A DNA stretch of 64,000 nucleotides from Candidatus Spongiisociaceae bacterium (GCA_965262915.1 OZ253564.1:1664001-1728000), one strand, 5' to 3'; positions 38,935 through 49,878 are shown, counted from the stretch's first letter. The notes: a model not told the origin generated them from the letters alone. Numbers and translations are program-made.

Positions 38935-40133
38935 TAGCCCTCACATTCCCGCGTGTCCCGGTTCCACGTCCTCCCCGCGTCCGTGCACTCCCGGGCTCCC
39001 ATCGTCACCACGTCCCCGGCCGCTTCTCCGGGAGCCGTGTCGCAGTGCGGCCAGGTCCCTTCCACGGTGGCAGGCCACGTCGCCAGCGCCGGTTCGGCCA
39101 TCAGGCGGGCTGCCTCGTCGGGGGTGGCCGCCAGGCTGATCGACGGCCCGTCGACTCCGAGAAGTTCGGTGACCATCCACGCGCAGCCGGAACCGAGGGG
39201 ACCGACCACGGCCAGATCCCCCGCGGCCGGCCCCGGCGGTGGCCAGTGGGTCGGGTCGACCAGCAGCCGCAGCGGGGCGGTGCCCTCCGGTATGGGCGGG
39301 TCGCAGCGCGGCCAGGTCACAGCGGCAGAAGGCCAGACTCCGATGTTGCCGCGGGTGATGAGCCGGTCGGCGGCTCGGGGTGTGACGGCGATGGTGATAC
39401 CGCCCCCCGGGTCCACGTCGAGGACGGTGGTGACGGCAAGCGCGCAGGCGGTCCCGACCGGCCCGACCACCGCTTCGTCACCGGGTGCAGGACCGGGCGG
39501 CGGCCACAGGTCGACTCCGGCCACCAGCCGCAGCCGGGCCGTCCCGGGCGGCGTTTCCAGGATCGGTGTTCGTGTCTCCGGTTCGGGACATGGCGGCCAA
39601 GCCCCGCCGGCGGGGGGCCAGATGGCGAGATCTCCGGTTGTCATGAGCCGGCCGGCGGCCTCGGGGGTGGCGGCGATAGTGACGCTTCCGGCGTCGACGT
39701 CCAGGAGTTCGGCGACCGCCAGCCCGCAGGCGGTCCCCGCGGGGCCGATCACCGCTTCGTCACCAGGTACAGGACCGGGTGAGGGCCACAGGTCGAGTCC
39801 GGCTGTCAGCCGCAGCCGACTCAACCCACTCGCGTCGCCCAGGTCGGCCCCGGGCGCTCGCAGCATTCCCGGTGTGATGAACGTGTTGGCTGGGATGTCG
39901 AGGGCGGCGACATTGCTACCCATGGCGTCGGGGGTGACGAACAGGGGAGCGAGGCTCTCGGGTACGTCGAGGATGGCCAGTTCCCCGACGGCGCCGCGGG
40001 GCCACGGCTGGGTGGCGAATATGACGCCGACCACCGGCGGCGGCTCGGAGCGTCCGAACAGCAGCACCAGTACGACGGTCACTACGACCAGCGCACCGGC
40101 GGTACTGAGACGAGCTGCCCGGCCGGTGAACAT
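38934..40133 (-). CDS. CpaB/RcpC-like protein with triplicated C-terminal domain
   Basis: TM + SAF-like region (ATQPWPRG...AALDIPANTFITPGML) + three ~85-aa repeats; first gene of the Tad operon. Confidence 0.6.
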   Translation of the reverse strand: MFTGRAARLSTAGALVVVTVVLVLLFGRSEPPPVVGVIFATQPWPRGAVGELAILDVPESLAPLFVTPDAMGSNVAALDIPANTFITPGMLRAPGADLGDASGLSRLRLTAGLDLWPSPGPVPGDEAVIGPAGTACGLAVAELLDVDAGSVTIAATPEAAGRLMTTGDLAIWPPAGGAWPPCPEPETRTPILETPPGTARLRLVAGVDLWPPPGPAPGDEAVVGPVGTACALAVTTVLDVDPGGGITIAVTPRAADRLITRGNIGVWPSAAVTWPRCDPPIPEGTAPLRLLVDPTHWPPPGPAAGDLAVVGPLGSGCAWMVTELLGVDGPSISLAATPDEAARLMAEPALATWPATVEGTWPHCDTAPGEAAGDVVTMGARECTDAGRTWNRDTRECEG

Positions 40134-40730
40134 TCAGACCCTCATGGGCGTCCGGCCCAACAGCGTCCGGCGGAAGGTGATTACCTCTATCATTGTGTGG
40201 ACTGTACCTACTGTGTGAAGTGATAGACAATTCTGAACAAGGATATTTTTGTCTTTATAATGTAATCCATCGCCAAATCAGTTAGAAACCGAGTTGTAGC
40301 GCCACACACACCGACCGCTAGGTGCTCTCACGGCCGTTAGCGGCGATATCCGGTCCGCGCTGGGTACGACGGGGATGGAGACCCGGTCGGGGTTGCGCCG
40401 TAGGCGTCGGGATGTGCGTCGACCGGGAAACGGGTCCAGGAGCGGTCTCACGTCGCCCGAGTGTTACCGACAGGTCGCTCTTCCGGAAAGTCCCCGACTT
40501 CGCGTCACCTGGCGTCGTGCAGTTCAGGGCCAGGTATGGTTGCCCACTGCCGACCTCGATCACGTTTCGAGGGTTGCCTTCGAGGAACTGCCAGGCAGCC
40601 TCGGGTGGTCGAGATGCGGGCTCCGGACCGACGGCTTCCAGTTAAGGCCTGGTTGGTCCGGAGCAAGCGCAACGCCGGGTAGCGTCGACGCTTCTTGCTA
40701 GACGTACATCCGGATCCCGTCAGGCCGGCT

Positions 40731-41555
40731 TCAGCCGAGGAGGATCATGGCGAGGGCGACGATTGCCAAGCCGAACCCGGCCACCTGGATGCGGGTGGTG
40801 CGTTCTCCCGCCAAGACGACCTGGCATACGAGGGTGAAGCCGTAGGCCATCTGGAAGAAGAGTCCGGCGATCGCCAGGTTCTCCTGGGCGGCCAGCGTGA
40901 AGCTGCCGAGACCGATACCACCCAACAATCCGATGAAGCCCGCCCTGGGTATCGATCCCCGTAGGGGTTTGATGGGGTGGCGACCGACGAGTATCACCAG
41001 CATCACCGTTCCGACCGCTGTCACCCGTCCGGGCAGTACCGGCCATATACCCGAGCCGTCGCTTGTCAGGCCGAGCATGGTGGCGGTGAAGCCGAACAAG
41101 AGACCGGCCATGAGACCGTGCCGAACGGCGATCCGGTCCCACTTGCCGGTGGGGTTCCTGAGGCCGATCAGCCAGAGGGCGATCACCCCGACCGCCATGC
41201 CGGCGCCGACGATCACCGAGGGAAGCCCTACCAGGACGGCGTCCACGGCTATAGGGATGACCGCTCCCGTCACCGCCGCCACCGGCCCGACGATCCCGAC
41301 CCCGCGGGTGGTGTAACCGCGGTACAACTGCACCAGGGCCATGCTCGCTCCTATGCCCGAACCGGCGCCCAGCAGCAGATCGGTCGTGGTGGGCTCTCCT
41401 CCCCAGAGGAGCGCCAGAACGGCGGTGGTCACCAGCGTGGAGATGTAGATCCACAGCACCGTCGCCATGAGGCGGCCTCTCCGCCCCAGGTTGGTCCCCA
41501 CATGGTCGGCGTAGCCGATCACCACCGGGGAGATGAGACCGATCAGGACGCTCAT
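40731..41555 (-). CDS. EamA/DMT family transporter
   Basis: About 10 hydrophobic helices; LAGERTTRIQVAGFGLAIVAL. Confidence 0.85.
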   Translation of the reverse strand: MSVLIGLISPVVIGYADHVGTNLGRRGRLMATVLWIYISTLVTTAVLALLWGGEPTTTDLLLGAGSGIGASMALVQLYRGYTTRGVGIVGPVAAVTGAVIPIAVDAVLVGLPSVIVGAGMAVGVIALWLIGLRNPTGKWDRIAVRHGLMAGLLFGFTATMLGLTSDGSGIWPVLPGRVTAVGTVMLVILVGRHPIKPLRGSIPRAGFIGLLGGIGLGSFTLAAQENLAIAGLFFQMAYGFTLVCQVVLAGERTTRIQVAGFGLAIVALAMILLG

Positions 41556-41905
41556 GTAAACGAAGGATGGAGAAGGCGAGCGGAGAGGCAGGCATCCGGT
41601 TCGCGAAACCCTTTTCTATCGATGGGGTTGAACCTGTCGTGCCGTCGCTGCATGATAGGTGATACCAAACACCCGTGCGGTCTCGAACCGGACGTCATTC
41701 GACGGCTCGCAGGGTCATGAATCCCGGAACCGGATCGCCTCCCACGGGCGCACCCGGCCGCGTTCGAGTCCCAGGTACGGTGGTGGTGGGGGAGGGCCCG
41801 GCGGGCGGATCGGCGGTGGCGATTTTCGCGCTCTGAGGGTGCGGTCCGAGAAGGCGGGCGGGGCCGTGATCGCTCCCTCGGATGTCCCATCAGGGCCGCT
41901 ACCTG

Positions 41906-43090
41906 CTACTGGAAGGCGGCGAGGCCGGTGAGGGCCTGGCCGAGGATCAGGGTGTGGATCTCGTTGGTTCCCTCGTAGGTAATAACCGTCTCCAAGTTGT
42001 TCATGTGGCGGATCACGGGGTAGTCGAGCGTGATGCCGTTGGCTCCCAGGACCGATCGCGCCTCGCGGGCCACCTCGAGGGCAGACCGGACGTTGTCGAA
42101 CTTTCCGAACGAGATGTGCCGGGGATCGGCCAGGCCTTGGTCCTTCATGCGGCCGATGTGGAGGGCTAGGAGGAGGCCACGGTTGACGGCCACCATCATG
42201 TCGACGAGCTTGCGCTGGGTCAGCTGGAAGGCGCCGATGGGCTTGCCGAACTGGTGGCGTGTGCCGGCGTAGTCGAGAGCCGTCTCGTAGCAGGAGCGGG
42301 CTGCTCCTATCGATCCCCAGAGGATGCCGTAGCGGGCTTCGGTCAGGCACGAGAGGGGGCCCCGCATCGAGGCCACCCCGGGGAGTGCGGCGTCGCCGGG
42401 GAGGCGGACATCGTCGAGTACCAGCTCGGAGGTGTGCGAGGCCCGCAGCGACAGTTTGCGCGTTATGTCGCGGGCGGAGAAGCCGGGAACGTCGGTGGGG
42501 ACTATGAAGCCGCGCACACCCTCGCCGGTCCTGGCCCAGACGATCGCCACATCCGCTACCGATCCGTTGGAGATCCAGGTCTTGGTCCCGTTGAGAATCC
42601 AGTCGGACCCGTCCCGTCGGGCGTTGGTGCGCATGGAAGCGGGGTCCGACCCGGAGTCGGGCTCGGTGAGCCCGAAGCACCCGAGCGCCTCGCCGGAGGC
42701 CATGGCGGGCAGCCATCGCCGGCGCTGCTCCTCGGAGCCGTAGGCTCGGATGGGGAACATGGCCAGCGATCCCTGTACCGACACCATGCTCCGCAGCCCC
42801 GAATCTCCAGCCTCCAGTTCGAGACAGGCCAGGCCGTAGTCGACCGCCGAGGCGCCCGGACAGCCGTAGCCGTCCAGGTGCATCCCCAGCAGCCCCAGCC
42901 CGCCCAGCTCGGTGGCCAGCTCTCGGGGGAGGATGCCCTCCTCGAACCAGTCGGCGATGGAGGGGAGCACCCGGTCGGACACCCAACGGCGCACGGTGTC
43001 GCGCAGCAGGCGTTCCTCCGGGTTGAGCAGGCGATCGATGCCGAGGAAGTCCTTGGGGTCAGGAGCGGGAGGCGGGGTGGGAGAGGGCAT
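41906..43090 (-). CDS. Acyl-CoA dehydrogenase (glutaryl-CoA dehydrogenase-like)
   Basis: GCFGLTEPDSGSDP, LNGTKTWISNG, RHQFGKPI, TYEGTNEIH. Confidence 0.92.
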   Translation of the reverse strand: MPSPTPPPAPDPKDFLGIDRLLNPEERLLRDTVRRWVSDRVLPSIADWFEEGILPRELATELGGLGLLGMHLDGYGCPGASAVDYGLACLELEAGDSGLRSMVSVQGSLAMFPIRAYGSEEQRRRWLPAMASGEALGCFGLTEPDSGSDPASMRTNARRDGSDWILNGTKTWISNGSVADVAIVWARTGEGVRGFIVPTDVPGFSARDITRKLSLRASHTSELVLDDVRLPGDAALPGVASMRGPLSCLTEARYGILWGSIGAARSCYETALDYAGTRHQFGKPIGAFQLTQRKLVDMMVAVNRGLLLALHIGRMKDQGLADPRHISFGKFDNVRSALEVAREARSVLGANGITLDYPVIRHMNNLETVITYEGTNEIHTLILGQALTGLAAFQ

Positions 43091-43682
43091 GTCTCGATCT
43101 CTTAGGGGATGTCCGCCCTGATTCTTGCAGCCATCGGCCCGGTACCGAGCCGAGAGCGCTGCTGCCGGTCCCATTGGTTGCCAAGCGGGACCCATCGCTG
43201 CCGGCCGGGACGGGCGTCGGCTGATCGGTCGTCCCGGGAAGCGTTGCCGAAAGGGTGATTCCGGGGGCGAGGCCGGTCGACGATCGGTACGTTCCGGACC
43301 GCTCCGATGTCTTGAGTCTCATGTCGGTATGCGGGTTTCGTGGCGTGGTTCCAGGTTCCTCGTCCGGTCCCCGTAGTGAACTCTTCGCAATGTCTGATCG
43401 GGTGGCATCTCAAGAAAGTGTGGGGTGACGGCCAGGTGGATCCTTCCGGACAAGGGTGGTTCCGGGGCCGAGCGAGCAGGGCCTAACAGGGTCGGAGGAT
43501 GGCGCCAACGGACCGCGGCCTGCCTTACGAATTGCCCTTGGTAGCTGTGGTCCCCTCGTAGAATCGATGGGGACAGGCAGCCTAACGCGAGGCGGGTATA
43601 CCGCGCAGGCACCGTCGGGACGGACCGTGTACCGTGCCTTTCGCGGTAGCAAAGAGATCGATGTCAGACCGAGGAGAGGCCG

Positions 43683-45044
43683 ATGACCGAACCGACCAAG
43701 ATCCTGCTCGATGAGTCGGAGCTCCCGACCCATTGGTACAACATCATCCCCGACCTGCCGGCGCCGCCTCCCCCGGTGCTGCATCCGGGAACGCTCGAGC
43801 CTGTGGGACCCGCCGACCTGGCGCCGCTATTCCCGATGGACCTGATCCTCCAGGAGGTGTCCGCCGAGAGTTACATCCCGATCCCCGAGGAGATCCGGGA
43901 GATATACCGCTTGTGGCGTCCGACTCCGCTGCACAGGGCCCGCCGCCTCGAGCGGGCGCTCGATACCCCGGCCCGCATCTACTACAAGTACGAGGGTGGC
44001 AGCCCGGCGGGATCGCACAAGCCCAACACGGCGGTGGCCCAAGCCTATTACAACGCCAAGGCCGGGGTACGCAAGCTCACCACCGAGACCGGCGCCGGCC
44101 AATGGGGCAGTGCCCTGGCCCTGGCCTGCCAGATGTTCGGCCTCGAGTGCGAGGTCTGGCACGTCGCCGCGTCCTACGACCAGAAGCCCTACCGGGTTTC
44201 GATGATGCGGACCTGGGGTGCCACCGTGCACTCCAGCCCGTCGGACGTGACCAACGCGGGGCGGTCCATCCTGGCCGAGGATCCCGACAGCCCCGGCAGC
44301 CTGGGGATCGCCATATCCGAAGCGGTCGAGGTGGCGGCCACCAACGAGGACGTCAACTACTCGCTGGGTTCGGTGCTCAACCACGTGCTGCTGCACCAGA
44401 CGGTGATAGGCCAGGAAGCAGTCGCCCAGATGGCCAAGGTGGGAGAGACGCCGGACATCATCATCGGTTGTACCGGAGGTGGTTCCAACCTCTCCGGGTT
44501 GTCGTTCCCGTTCATCCGCGAGAAGCTGGCCGGGAACATCAACCCGACCATCCGGGCGGTGGAGCCGGCGGCGTGCCCGTCGATCACCAGGGGCGAGTAC
44601 CGGTACGACTTCGGCGACGCCATCGGCATGACCCCGCTCGTGAAGATGTACACCCTGGGCCACACGTTCGTCCCCGACCCGATCCACGCCGGCGGGCTCC
44701 GCTATCACGGGATGTCCCCCCTGGTTTCGCATCTGTGCGAGCTCGGGATCATGGAAGCCGTGGCGATCGGCCAGACCGAGTGCTTCGAGGCGGCCATTGG
44801 CTTCGCCAGGAGCGAGGGCATCATCCCGGCGCCCGAACCCACCCATGCCATCGCCGCCGCCATCCGGGAGGCCGACCGGTGCCGCCAGACGGGTGAGGAG
44901 AGCGTGATCCTGGTCGCCTTGTGCGGTCACGGCCACTTCGACATGGCCGCCTACGACACCTACCTGGCCGGCGAGTTGTTCGACTACGAGTACCCGGCCG
45001 ACGCCATCGGAGCGGCATTGGAGAAGGTTCCCGTAATCGCCTGA
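43683..45044 (+). CDS. trpB2: TrpB2-type tryptophan synthase beta-like PLP enzyme
   Basis: [42 protein letters not shown]. Confidence 0.92.
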   Translation: MTEPTKILLDESELPTHWYNIIPDLPAPPPPVLHPGTLEPVGPADLAPLFPMDLILQEVSAESYIPIPEEIREIYRLWRPTPLHRARRLERALDTPARIYYKYEGGSPAGSHKPNTAVAQAYYNAKAGVRKLTTETGAGQWGSALALACQMFGLECEVWHVAASYDQKPYRVSMMRTWGATVHSSPSDVTNAGRSILAEDPDSPGSLGIAISEAVEVAATNEDVNYSLGSVLNHVLLHQTVIGQEAVAQMAKVGETPDIIIGCTGGGSNLSGLSFPFIREKLAGNINPTIRAVEPAACPSITRGEYRYDFGDAIGMTPLVKMYTLGHTFVPDPIHAGGLRYHGMSPLVSHLCELGIMEAVAIGQTECFEAAIGFARSEGIIPAPEPTHAIAAAIREADRCRQTGEESVILVALCGHGHFDMAAYDTYLAGELFDYEYPADAIGAALEKVPVIA

Positions 45045-45111
45045 GCAGGCACCAGGAGTCCGGTCCCGCCAGGGCCTGTCCCGCCGGGGCCGGACCCGAA
45101 CCCGACGACGA

Positions 45112-46125
45112 TCAGAAGGGCAGGGCGAGTTGGTGGTCGCTCTCCCCCCGACCGGTCGCCACGCCATCCCGGCCGCGCGCCTGTTTCGTTCCACCGTGGG
45201 CGGCGACCAGGCGGCGGATGACACCACCCAGGCGTTTGCGCATCGCCGTCGAGGCGTAGGACCGCCGGCCGTACTCGTGCCGGTAGTACCTGATCAGGTG
45301 GGGGTACTCCGCCTCCACCCACCGGAAGTAGTGGTCCTTGAGCGGTCCGCGCAGGTGCAGGTACTGCCCGGTGATGAACCTGGCCCCGGCCTCCGCCGCC
45401 CCCCTCACAACCTCCTCGATCTGGGCCGGCCGGTCGGAGAGCCCGGGCAGGACGGGGGCCATCAGCACGCCGGAAGGAACGCCTCGGTCGTTGAGACGCC
45501 TCACCGCGTCCAGGCGCTTGCGGGGATGGGAGGTTCCCGGTTCCGAGCGCGACCACACGTCGGGATCGAGGGTGCCGATCGAGAAGTCAACGGTCACTTC
45601 GGTCACCTTGGCCGCCTCGGCGAGCAGGTCGAGGTCCCTCAACACCAATGGGGACTTGGTCAGGATCGAGAACGGGTTACGCCGCTCGACCAGGACCTCG
45701 ATGATCCCCCGTGTCAGCTTGTACTTGCCCTCGGCCGCCTGGTAGGGGTCGGTGTTGGTCCCCATGGCGATAGCGTGCCCGGCCCACCGAGCGGGTGCCG
45801 TCTCGTGGCGTACCACCTCCGGCGCGTTGATCTTCACCACGATCTTGGTGTCGAAGTCCTTGCCGATGTCCAAGCCGAGGTAGTCGTGGCTGGGCCGGGC
45901 GAAGCAGTAGGTGCAGGCGTGGCTGCATCCCCGGTAGGCGTTGATGGTGTAGCCGAAGGGCAGCACCCCCGGGTTCGGGACCCGGTTGATGACGGTGCGC
46001 GACTCGACATGGAGGAACTCGAGGCCCCGGTAGGCGCCCCGGCCCACCTTGCGCTCGATGACCGCGTCGAAGAGTGCCGGACGGTCACCCGGCGCATCGG
46101 CCGTGATCCAGCGGAACTCTCCCAT
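45112..46125 (-). CDS. Rv2578c/SplB-like radical SAM DNA-repair protein
   Basis: INAYRGCSHACTYCFAR, GTNTDPYQ. Confidence 0.9.
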   Translation of the reverse strand: MGEFRWITADAPGDRPALFDAVIERKVGRGAYRGLEFLHVESRTVINRVPNPGVLPFGYTINAYRGCSHACTYCFARPSHDYLGLDIGKDFDTKIVVKINAPEVVRHETAPARWAGHAIAMGTNTDPYQAAEGKYKLTRGIIEVLVERRNPFSILTKSPLVLRDLDLLAEAAKVTEVTVDFSIGTLDPDVWSRSEPGTSHPRKRLDAVRRLNDRGVPSGVLMAPVLPGLSDRPAQIEEVVRGAAEAGARFITGQYLHLRGPLKDHYFRWVEAEYPHLIRYYRHEYGRRSYASTAMRKRLGGVIRRLVAAHGGTKQARGRDGVATGRGESDHQLALPF

Positions 46126-46133
46126 GTCGCCAC

Positions 46134-46163
46134 AGCCTAGCCGAACATACGTTCGTCCGGCAA
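46134..46163 (-). promoter_or_regulatory. Promoter with LexA (SOS) box between -35 and -10
   Basis: Minus strand TTGCCG-18 bp-TAGGCT; CGAAC-ATAC-GTTCG at 46142-46155; ATG 8 bp after -10 (likely leaderless). Confidence 0.8.
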
Positions 46164-46234
46164 GACAGCAGCACACCGGGTTGTCTTCTCATCCGGAGGG
46201 TGATGGCGGGCAGGTCGAGTGCGAGGAACGATGG

Positions 46235-46562
46235 CCTACCGGCCGCGCTTTGACAAACCGGTTCGGGCTCACGTGCTCCTCTGGAGCTCGGACCGGCGAG
46301 GCCCGGATGGGTGCAAGACCGGGAAGTTGCCCCTGGATCAGACTCGCCCGTATATCACCGGTCGGGCCGGCGAGGCGGGAGGTTGTTCACCGGCGGCCTG
46401 CATATCGGTGACGACCCGGTCTACAAGCCGGCGGATCCCGGCGAAGGCCTCGTCGGGCGCCGACGCCAGCCAGCTCAGTGAGGGAAACTCGACGCAGAGC
46501 CCGACATGCTCCTCGTCGTCGGGAGACCATGTAACCCGGTAGGTGTAGTTGTGAATTGCCAT
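46235..46562 (-). pseudogene. HicB-like antitoxin, C-terminal half degenerate
   Basis: YTYRVTWSPDDEEHVGLCVEFPSLSWLA; early stop at 46338; EEHVSPNRFV remnant downstream. Confidence 0.75.
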
Positions 46563-46803
46563 ACGTCTTCAACTCCCTGACTGCCCGCAGGACCTGCCGC
46601 ACCTGGTAGGCCTTTGCCATGCCTCGGTCGTTCTGGATGTTCACTCGCGGGTCTCCGGGCCATGGTGTGCGGTAGACCCGGTGGCTGCCGCCGGTCTGCC
46701 GTGGTTCCCCGAAGTACTCGTCACACACTCTGACGAGGTCGGCGAACCGAACACCCTGGGGGTTCTCGCCCAGTGCTCTGACAATCGCTTCTGTGGTAGC
46801 CAT
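46387..46803 (-). CDS. HicA-like toxin (reads through into the antitoxin gene)
   Basis: NPQGVRFADLVRVC...GSHRVYRTPWPGDPRVNIQ...AKAYQVRQVL. Confidence 0.75.
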   Translation of the reverse strand: MATTEAIVRALGENPQGVRFADLVRVCDEYFGEPRQTGGSHRVYRTPWPGDPRVNIQNDRGMAKAYQVRQVLRAVRELKTYGNSQLHLPGYMVSRRRGACRALRRVSLTELAGVGARRGLRRDPPACRPGRHRYAGRR

Positions 46804-46860
46804 GCCATGGTAAGTACACCTTACGATACTCTGAGTCAAGGGGGTTCCTCTACCTGTCTG

Positions 46861-47121
46861 CTATCGGTCTCGTGTCTTCCCGGACAGGTGGTCGTATTTG
46901 GGCTCTCGTTTCTGGGCATCGAACACCACACCTGTGTCCATGTCCCTCAGAACCACTATGGGTAGGCCCTGGGTGGTGAACCCGCCGATCGCGGCAACAC
47001 CGCGGCGGGGACAGTTGCTGTCTGCCCCTGCGGGCCACGACAGTGCTGCCACTATGTCCGTTCTCGGGAACCGTTTCAGAGCCGAGTCGAGGATTTCGGT
47101 GACGCCGAAGGGCAGCGTCAA
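46861..47121 (-). CDS. Small toxin-like protein related to 27974-28198
   Basis: SALKRFPRTDIVAAL...IGGFT...VVFDAQK. Confidence 0.5.
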   Translation of the reverse strand: MTLPFGVTEILDSALKRFPRTDIVAALSWPAGADSNCPRRGVAAIGGFTTQGLPIVVLRDMDTGVVFDAQKREPKYDHLSGKTRDR

Positions 47122-47432
47122 GAAACGCCGACCGCCAGCAACGAGATGATGTCATCGGCAAGGTCGGATGGCAGGCGGGAGAGTATCCCGATCCGTTCGG
47201 GGTCCGTCATGTTCGCCAGGCGCCTTACCGAGACGTGAGCCGGCAAGCATCTAGCGATCTCGACCTGTTCGTCCACCGAACACCGATAGAAGACCGAGTC
47301 GGCGAAGTCGGCCAGTTCTTCATATTGGTCGGCGCTGAAGGGCTGACCGCGGACATCGTCACCACTCACGTTCGGGTCTTCGGACAGTGCGATGATCTGC
47401 CGGTAGTCGAGTTCCGCCACATCCTCGATCAT
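47118..47432 (-). CDS. Acidic helical hypothetical protein (MgtE-N-like repeats), antitoxin candidate
   Basis: LANMTDPERIGILSRLPSDLADDIISLL; 4-bp overlap with the next gene. Confidence 0.55.
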   Translation of the reverse strand: MIEDVAELDYRQIIALSEDPNVSGDDVRGQPFSADQYEELADFADSVFYRCSVDEQVEIARCLPAHVSVRRLANMTDPERIGILSRLPSDLADDIISLLAVGVS

Positions 47433-47499
47433 AGTTGCTGAGGGGGGTGCGCGGGTAGGTGCTCACCTCGGGAAACACCCCTTGCGTCGGTTGATGAGT

Positions 47500-47830
47500 T
47501 CACAGCGATAACCAGGGGTGTTTTTTGAGCCGGAGTCGGACAGGCTGTTCAGCAGGGCCGGTCGCGATCCGCCTACCTGCGCACCCTCTGAGCAGGTACA
47601 AGACCCCAGGCACAGGAGTCCACGCCATCGGGCGGCTCCGCGGCGGCCCCTCGAGTGTGTTGGAGTGCAGCAACTGTGGCTTGGGGATCCGACTTCGCTC
47701 CGGGGATGTTCCGTCCCCGGTCGGCGGTTCTGGAGTTCGGGTGATGGCCGTTCGGCGCTGTATCAACTTCGTGGCCGAGGAGCTCCCCGCGAAGCGGCGC
47801 AGGTGTACAGTGATCGAGGATGATCTTCAC
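47500..47830 (-). pseudogene. Degenerate DUF5615/PIN toxin
   Basis: MKIILDHCTPAPLRGELLGHEVDTA then loss of similarity. Confidence 0.6.
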
Positions 47831-48063
47831 GTACAGGTTACGGTCTGTAGGCGCTTCATCTGACAGTCGATGACGATCTCGGCCTGTGACCTCTCGACGC
47901 CCTCGTACCACTCCAAGAACTCGTCCAGGGTTGCCCCGTCGTTGATGTTGTCGAACAGAGCGGAAATCGGTACCCGCGTACCTACGAACGCCCAGTTCCC
48001 ACTGAGACGATCGGGATGACGCTCAACGGCGTCGCACGACTCCCAGATTGACGCATCCATCAC
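47827..48063 (-). CDS. DUF433 antitoxin
   Basis: VERHPDRLSGNWAFVGTRVPISALFDNINDGATLDEFLEWY. Confidence 0.85.
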   Translation of the reverse strand: MMDASIWESCDAVERHPDRLSGNWAFVGTRVPISALFDNINDGATLDEFLEWYEGVERSQAEIVIDCQMKRLQTVTCT

Positions 48064-48216
48064 CGATCACCCCCTTTGTCGTGTCAACCGAAGCGTACCG
48101 AGGCCAGGGGCGGAAGCACATGTGACGTCCTGGTTCCTTCTTGCCGGTCGATTGACGGTTTTACGGGCCCGGCATCCGGGTATCGTCGGGGTAGTGAATC
48201 GCACCGAATCTGACGA

Positions 48217-49878
48217 GTGATGTCCGGAGTTCCCTCGATCTCCTTCGCTCTCGGCGGGTTGACCTCCCGCGTGCAGGCCCGCCTGGCCGCATGGGACGAG
48301 CAGGACTTCGGGGCCCGCCTGTGGGCGAGGGACCACACTTTGTGGTCCACGGTCGAGATTCGGGAGTTGACCGACCGCCTGGGGTGGCTGTGGCTGCCGG
48401 AAGACAAGGGCCAGGCGGGTGGGATCGAGGAGTTCGCGAGCGAGATCCGCTCCGAGGCCGACCGGGTGGTGTTGCTCGGTATGGGCGGATCGAGCCTGGC
48501 GCCGGAGGTATACCAGGCGACGTTCGGCAACGCCGCCGGGTACCCCGAGCTGATGGTTCTCGACAGCACCCACCCGGCGGCCGTGCGAGCGGTGTCCGAG
48601 AGCATCGACCTCAGGCGGACGCTCTTCGTGGTCGCTTCCAAGTCGGGGGGCACCATCGAGACCCTCTCGCTATACCGTTTCTTCTGGGGATCGGTCTCCG
48701 GAGTCACGAGCCATCCGGGGGAGCGGTTCGTGGCACTCACGGATCCGGGGTCCGGGCTGGAGGCGCTGGCCCGCCGACGGCGTTTCCGGCGCATCTTCCC
48801 CACCCCACCGGACGTTGGAGGTCGCTACTCGGCCCTCACGCCGTTCGGCCTCGTTCCCGCCGCGCTGATCGGCATGGACATCCGCCGGCTGCTCGACTCG
48901 GCGGCCGCCATGGCCGATGTCTGCGGTCCGGGCGTCCCGGCCTCCCGCAACCCCGCGCTCCAGATGGCCGCGGCGATGGGCGAGGCCGCTTTGGCGGGAA
49001 GGGACAAGATCACCTACGTGTGTTCCCCGTCCGTCGCCGCCTTCGGAGCATGGGTGGAGCAGCTCATCGCCGAGAGCACCGGCAAGAACGGGACCGGGAT
49101 CGTGCCCGTGGCCGGCGAACCCCTCGGCGACCACCGGACCTACGGTGACGACCGGCTGTTCGTCCATCTGGACGTGGCGGGGGAGGACCCCGCCGGCCGG
49201 CCGGCCGCCCTCGAAGTGCTGCAGGCGGTCGGTCACCCCGTTATACGGGTGGTACTCGACGACCTCTACGACCTGGGCGCCGAGCTGTTCCGCAGCGAGA
49301 TGGCGGTGGCCGCGGCCGGGTCCGTCCTCGGGATCAACCCCTTCGACCAGCCCGACGTGCAGATCGCCAAGGACCTGGCCAGGCGGGCGATGTCGGAGGA
49401 GGGCCTGGGGGGTGCCATCGACGAGGTGTCCACCGGCACGCCCTCAGAACTGGGCGACCGCTTGGGAGAGTGGGTCGGGACGCTCCGCCCCGGCGACTAC
49501 ATAGGCATCCATGCCTACCTGCCGATGGGAGGTCCGGCCACCCCCGTTCTCGAGGAGCTCGCCAGGACGCTCAGGGGCCGGTGGGGGACCGCGGTGACGC
49601 TCGGCTACGGACCGAGGTTCCTCCATTCCACCGGGCAGCTCCACAAGGGCGGCGCCGCAAACGGAGTGTTCCTCCAGATCGTCGACATCCCCGGCCCGGA
49701 TACGGCGGTTCCGGAGTCGGGCTTCACTTTCGGCGAGCTGATCGAGGGGCAGGCAGCCGGGGACTACCAGGCTCTGGAGGCACGGGGCCGCCGGGTGCTG
49801 CGGGTGCGATTGCACGACGATCCGGCGGATGGAGTGCAGGACCTGATCAGGGTGCTGTCGAAGATCGGAAGAGGGTAA
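48217..49878 (+). CDS. pgi: Glucose-6-phosphate isomerase (Tal-Pgi-type Pgi domain)
   Basis: LGMGGSSL, SKSGGTIET, VGGRYSAL, EQLIAESTGK, NPFDQPDV, HSTGQLHKGG. Confidence 0.9.
   Translation: MMSGVPSISFALGGLTSRVQARLAAWDEQDFGARLWARDHTLWSTVEIRELTDRLGWLWLPEDKGQAGGIEEFASEIRSEADRVVLLGMGGSSLAPEVYQATFGNAAGYPELMVLDSTHPAAVRAVSESIDLRRTLFVVASKSGGTIETLSLYRFFWGSVSGVTSHPGERFVALTDPGSGLEALARRRRFRRIFPTPPDVGGRYSALTPFGLVPAALIGMDIRRLLDSAAAMADVCGPGVPASRNPALQMAAAMGEAALAGRDKITYVCSPSVAAFGAWVEQLIAESTGKNGTGIVPVAGEPLGDHRTYGDDRLFVHLDVAGEDPAGRPAALEVLQAVGHPVIRVVLDDLYDLGAELFRSEMAVAAAGSVLGINPFDQPDVQIAKDLARRAMSEEGLGGAIDEVSTGTPSELGDRLGEWVGTLRPGDYIGIHAYLPMGGPATPVLEELARTLRGRWGTAVTLGYGPRFLHSTGQLHKGGAANGVFLQIVDIPGPDTAVPESGFTFGELIEGQAAGDYQALEARGRRVLRVRLHDDPADGVQDLIRVLSKIGRG

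Noticed and set aside
40225-40254. AGACAA-N18-TTGTCT inverted repeat upstream of the Tad operon
   Set aside because: Six-bp arms in AT-rich DNA are too weak to call an operator without comparative data.
43100-43680. Possible riboswitch or attenuator in the long spacer before trpB2
   Set aside because: No Trp-rich leader peptide or recognisable riboswitch consensus found by eye.
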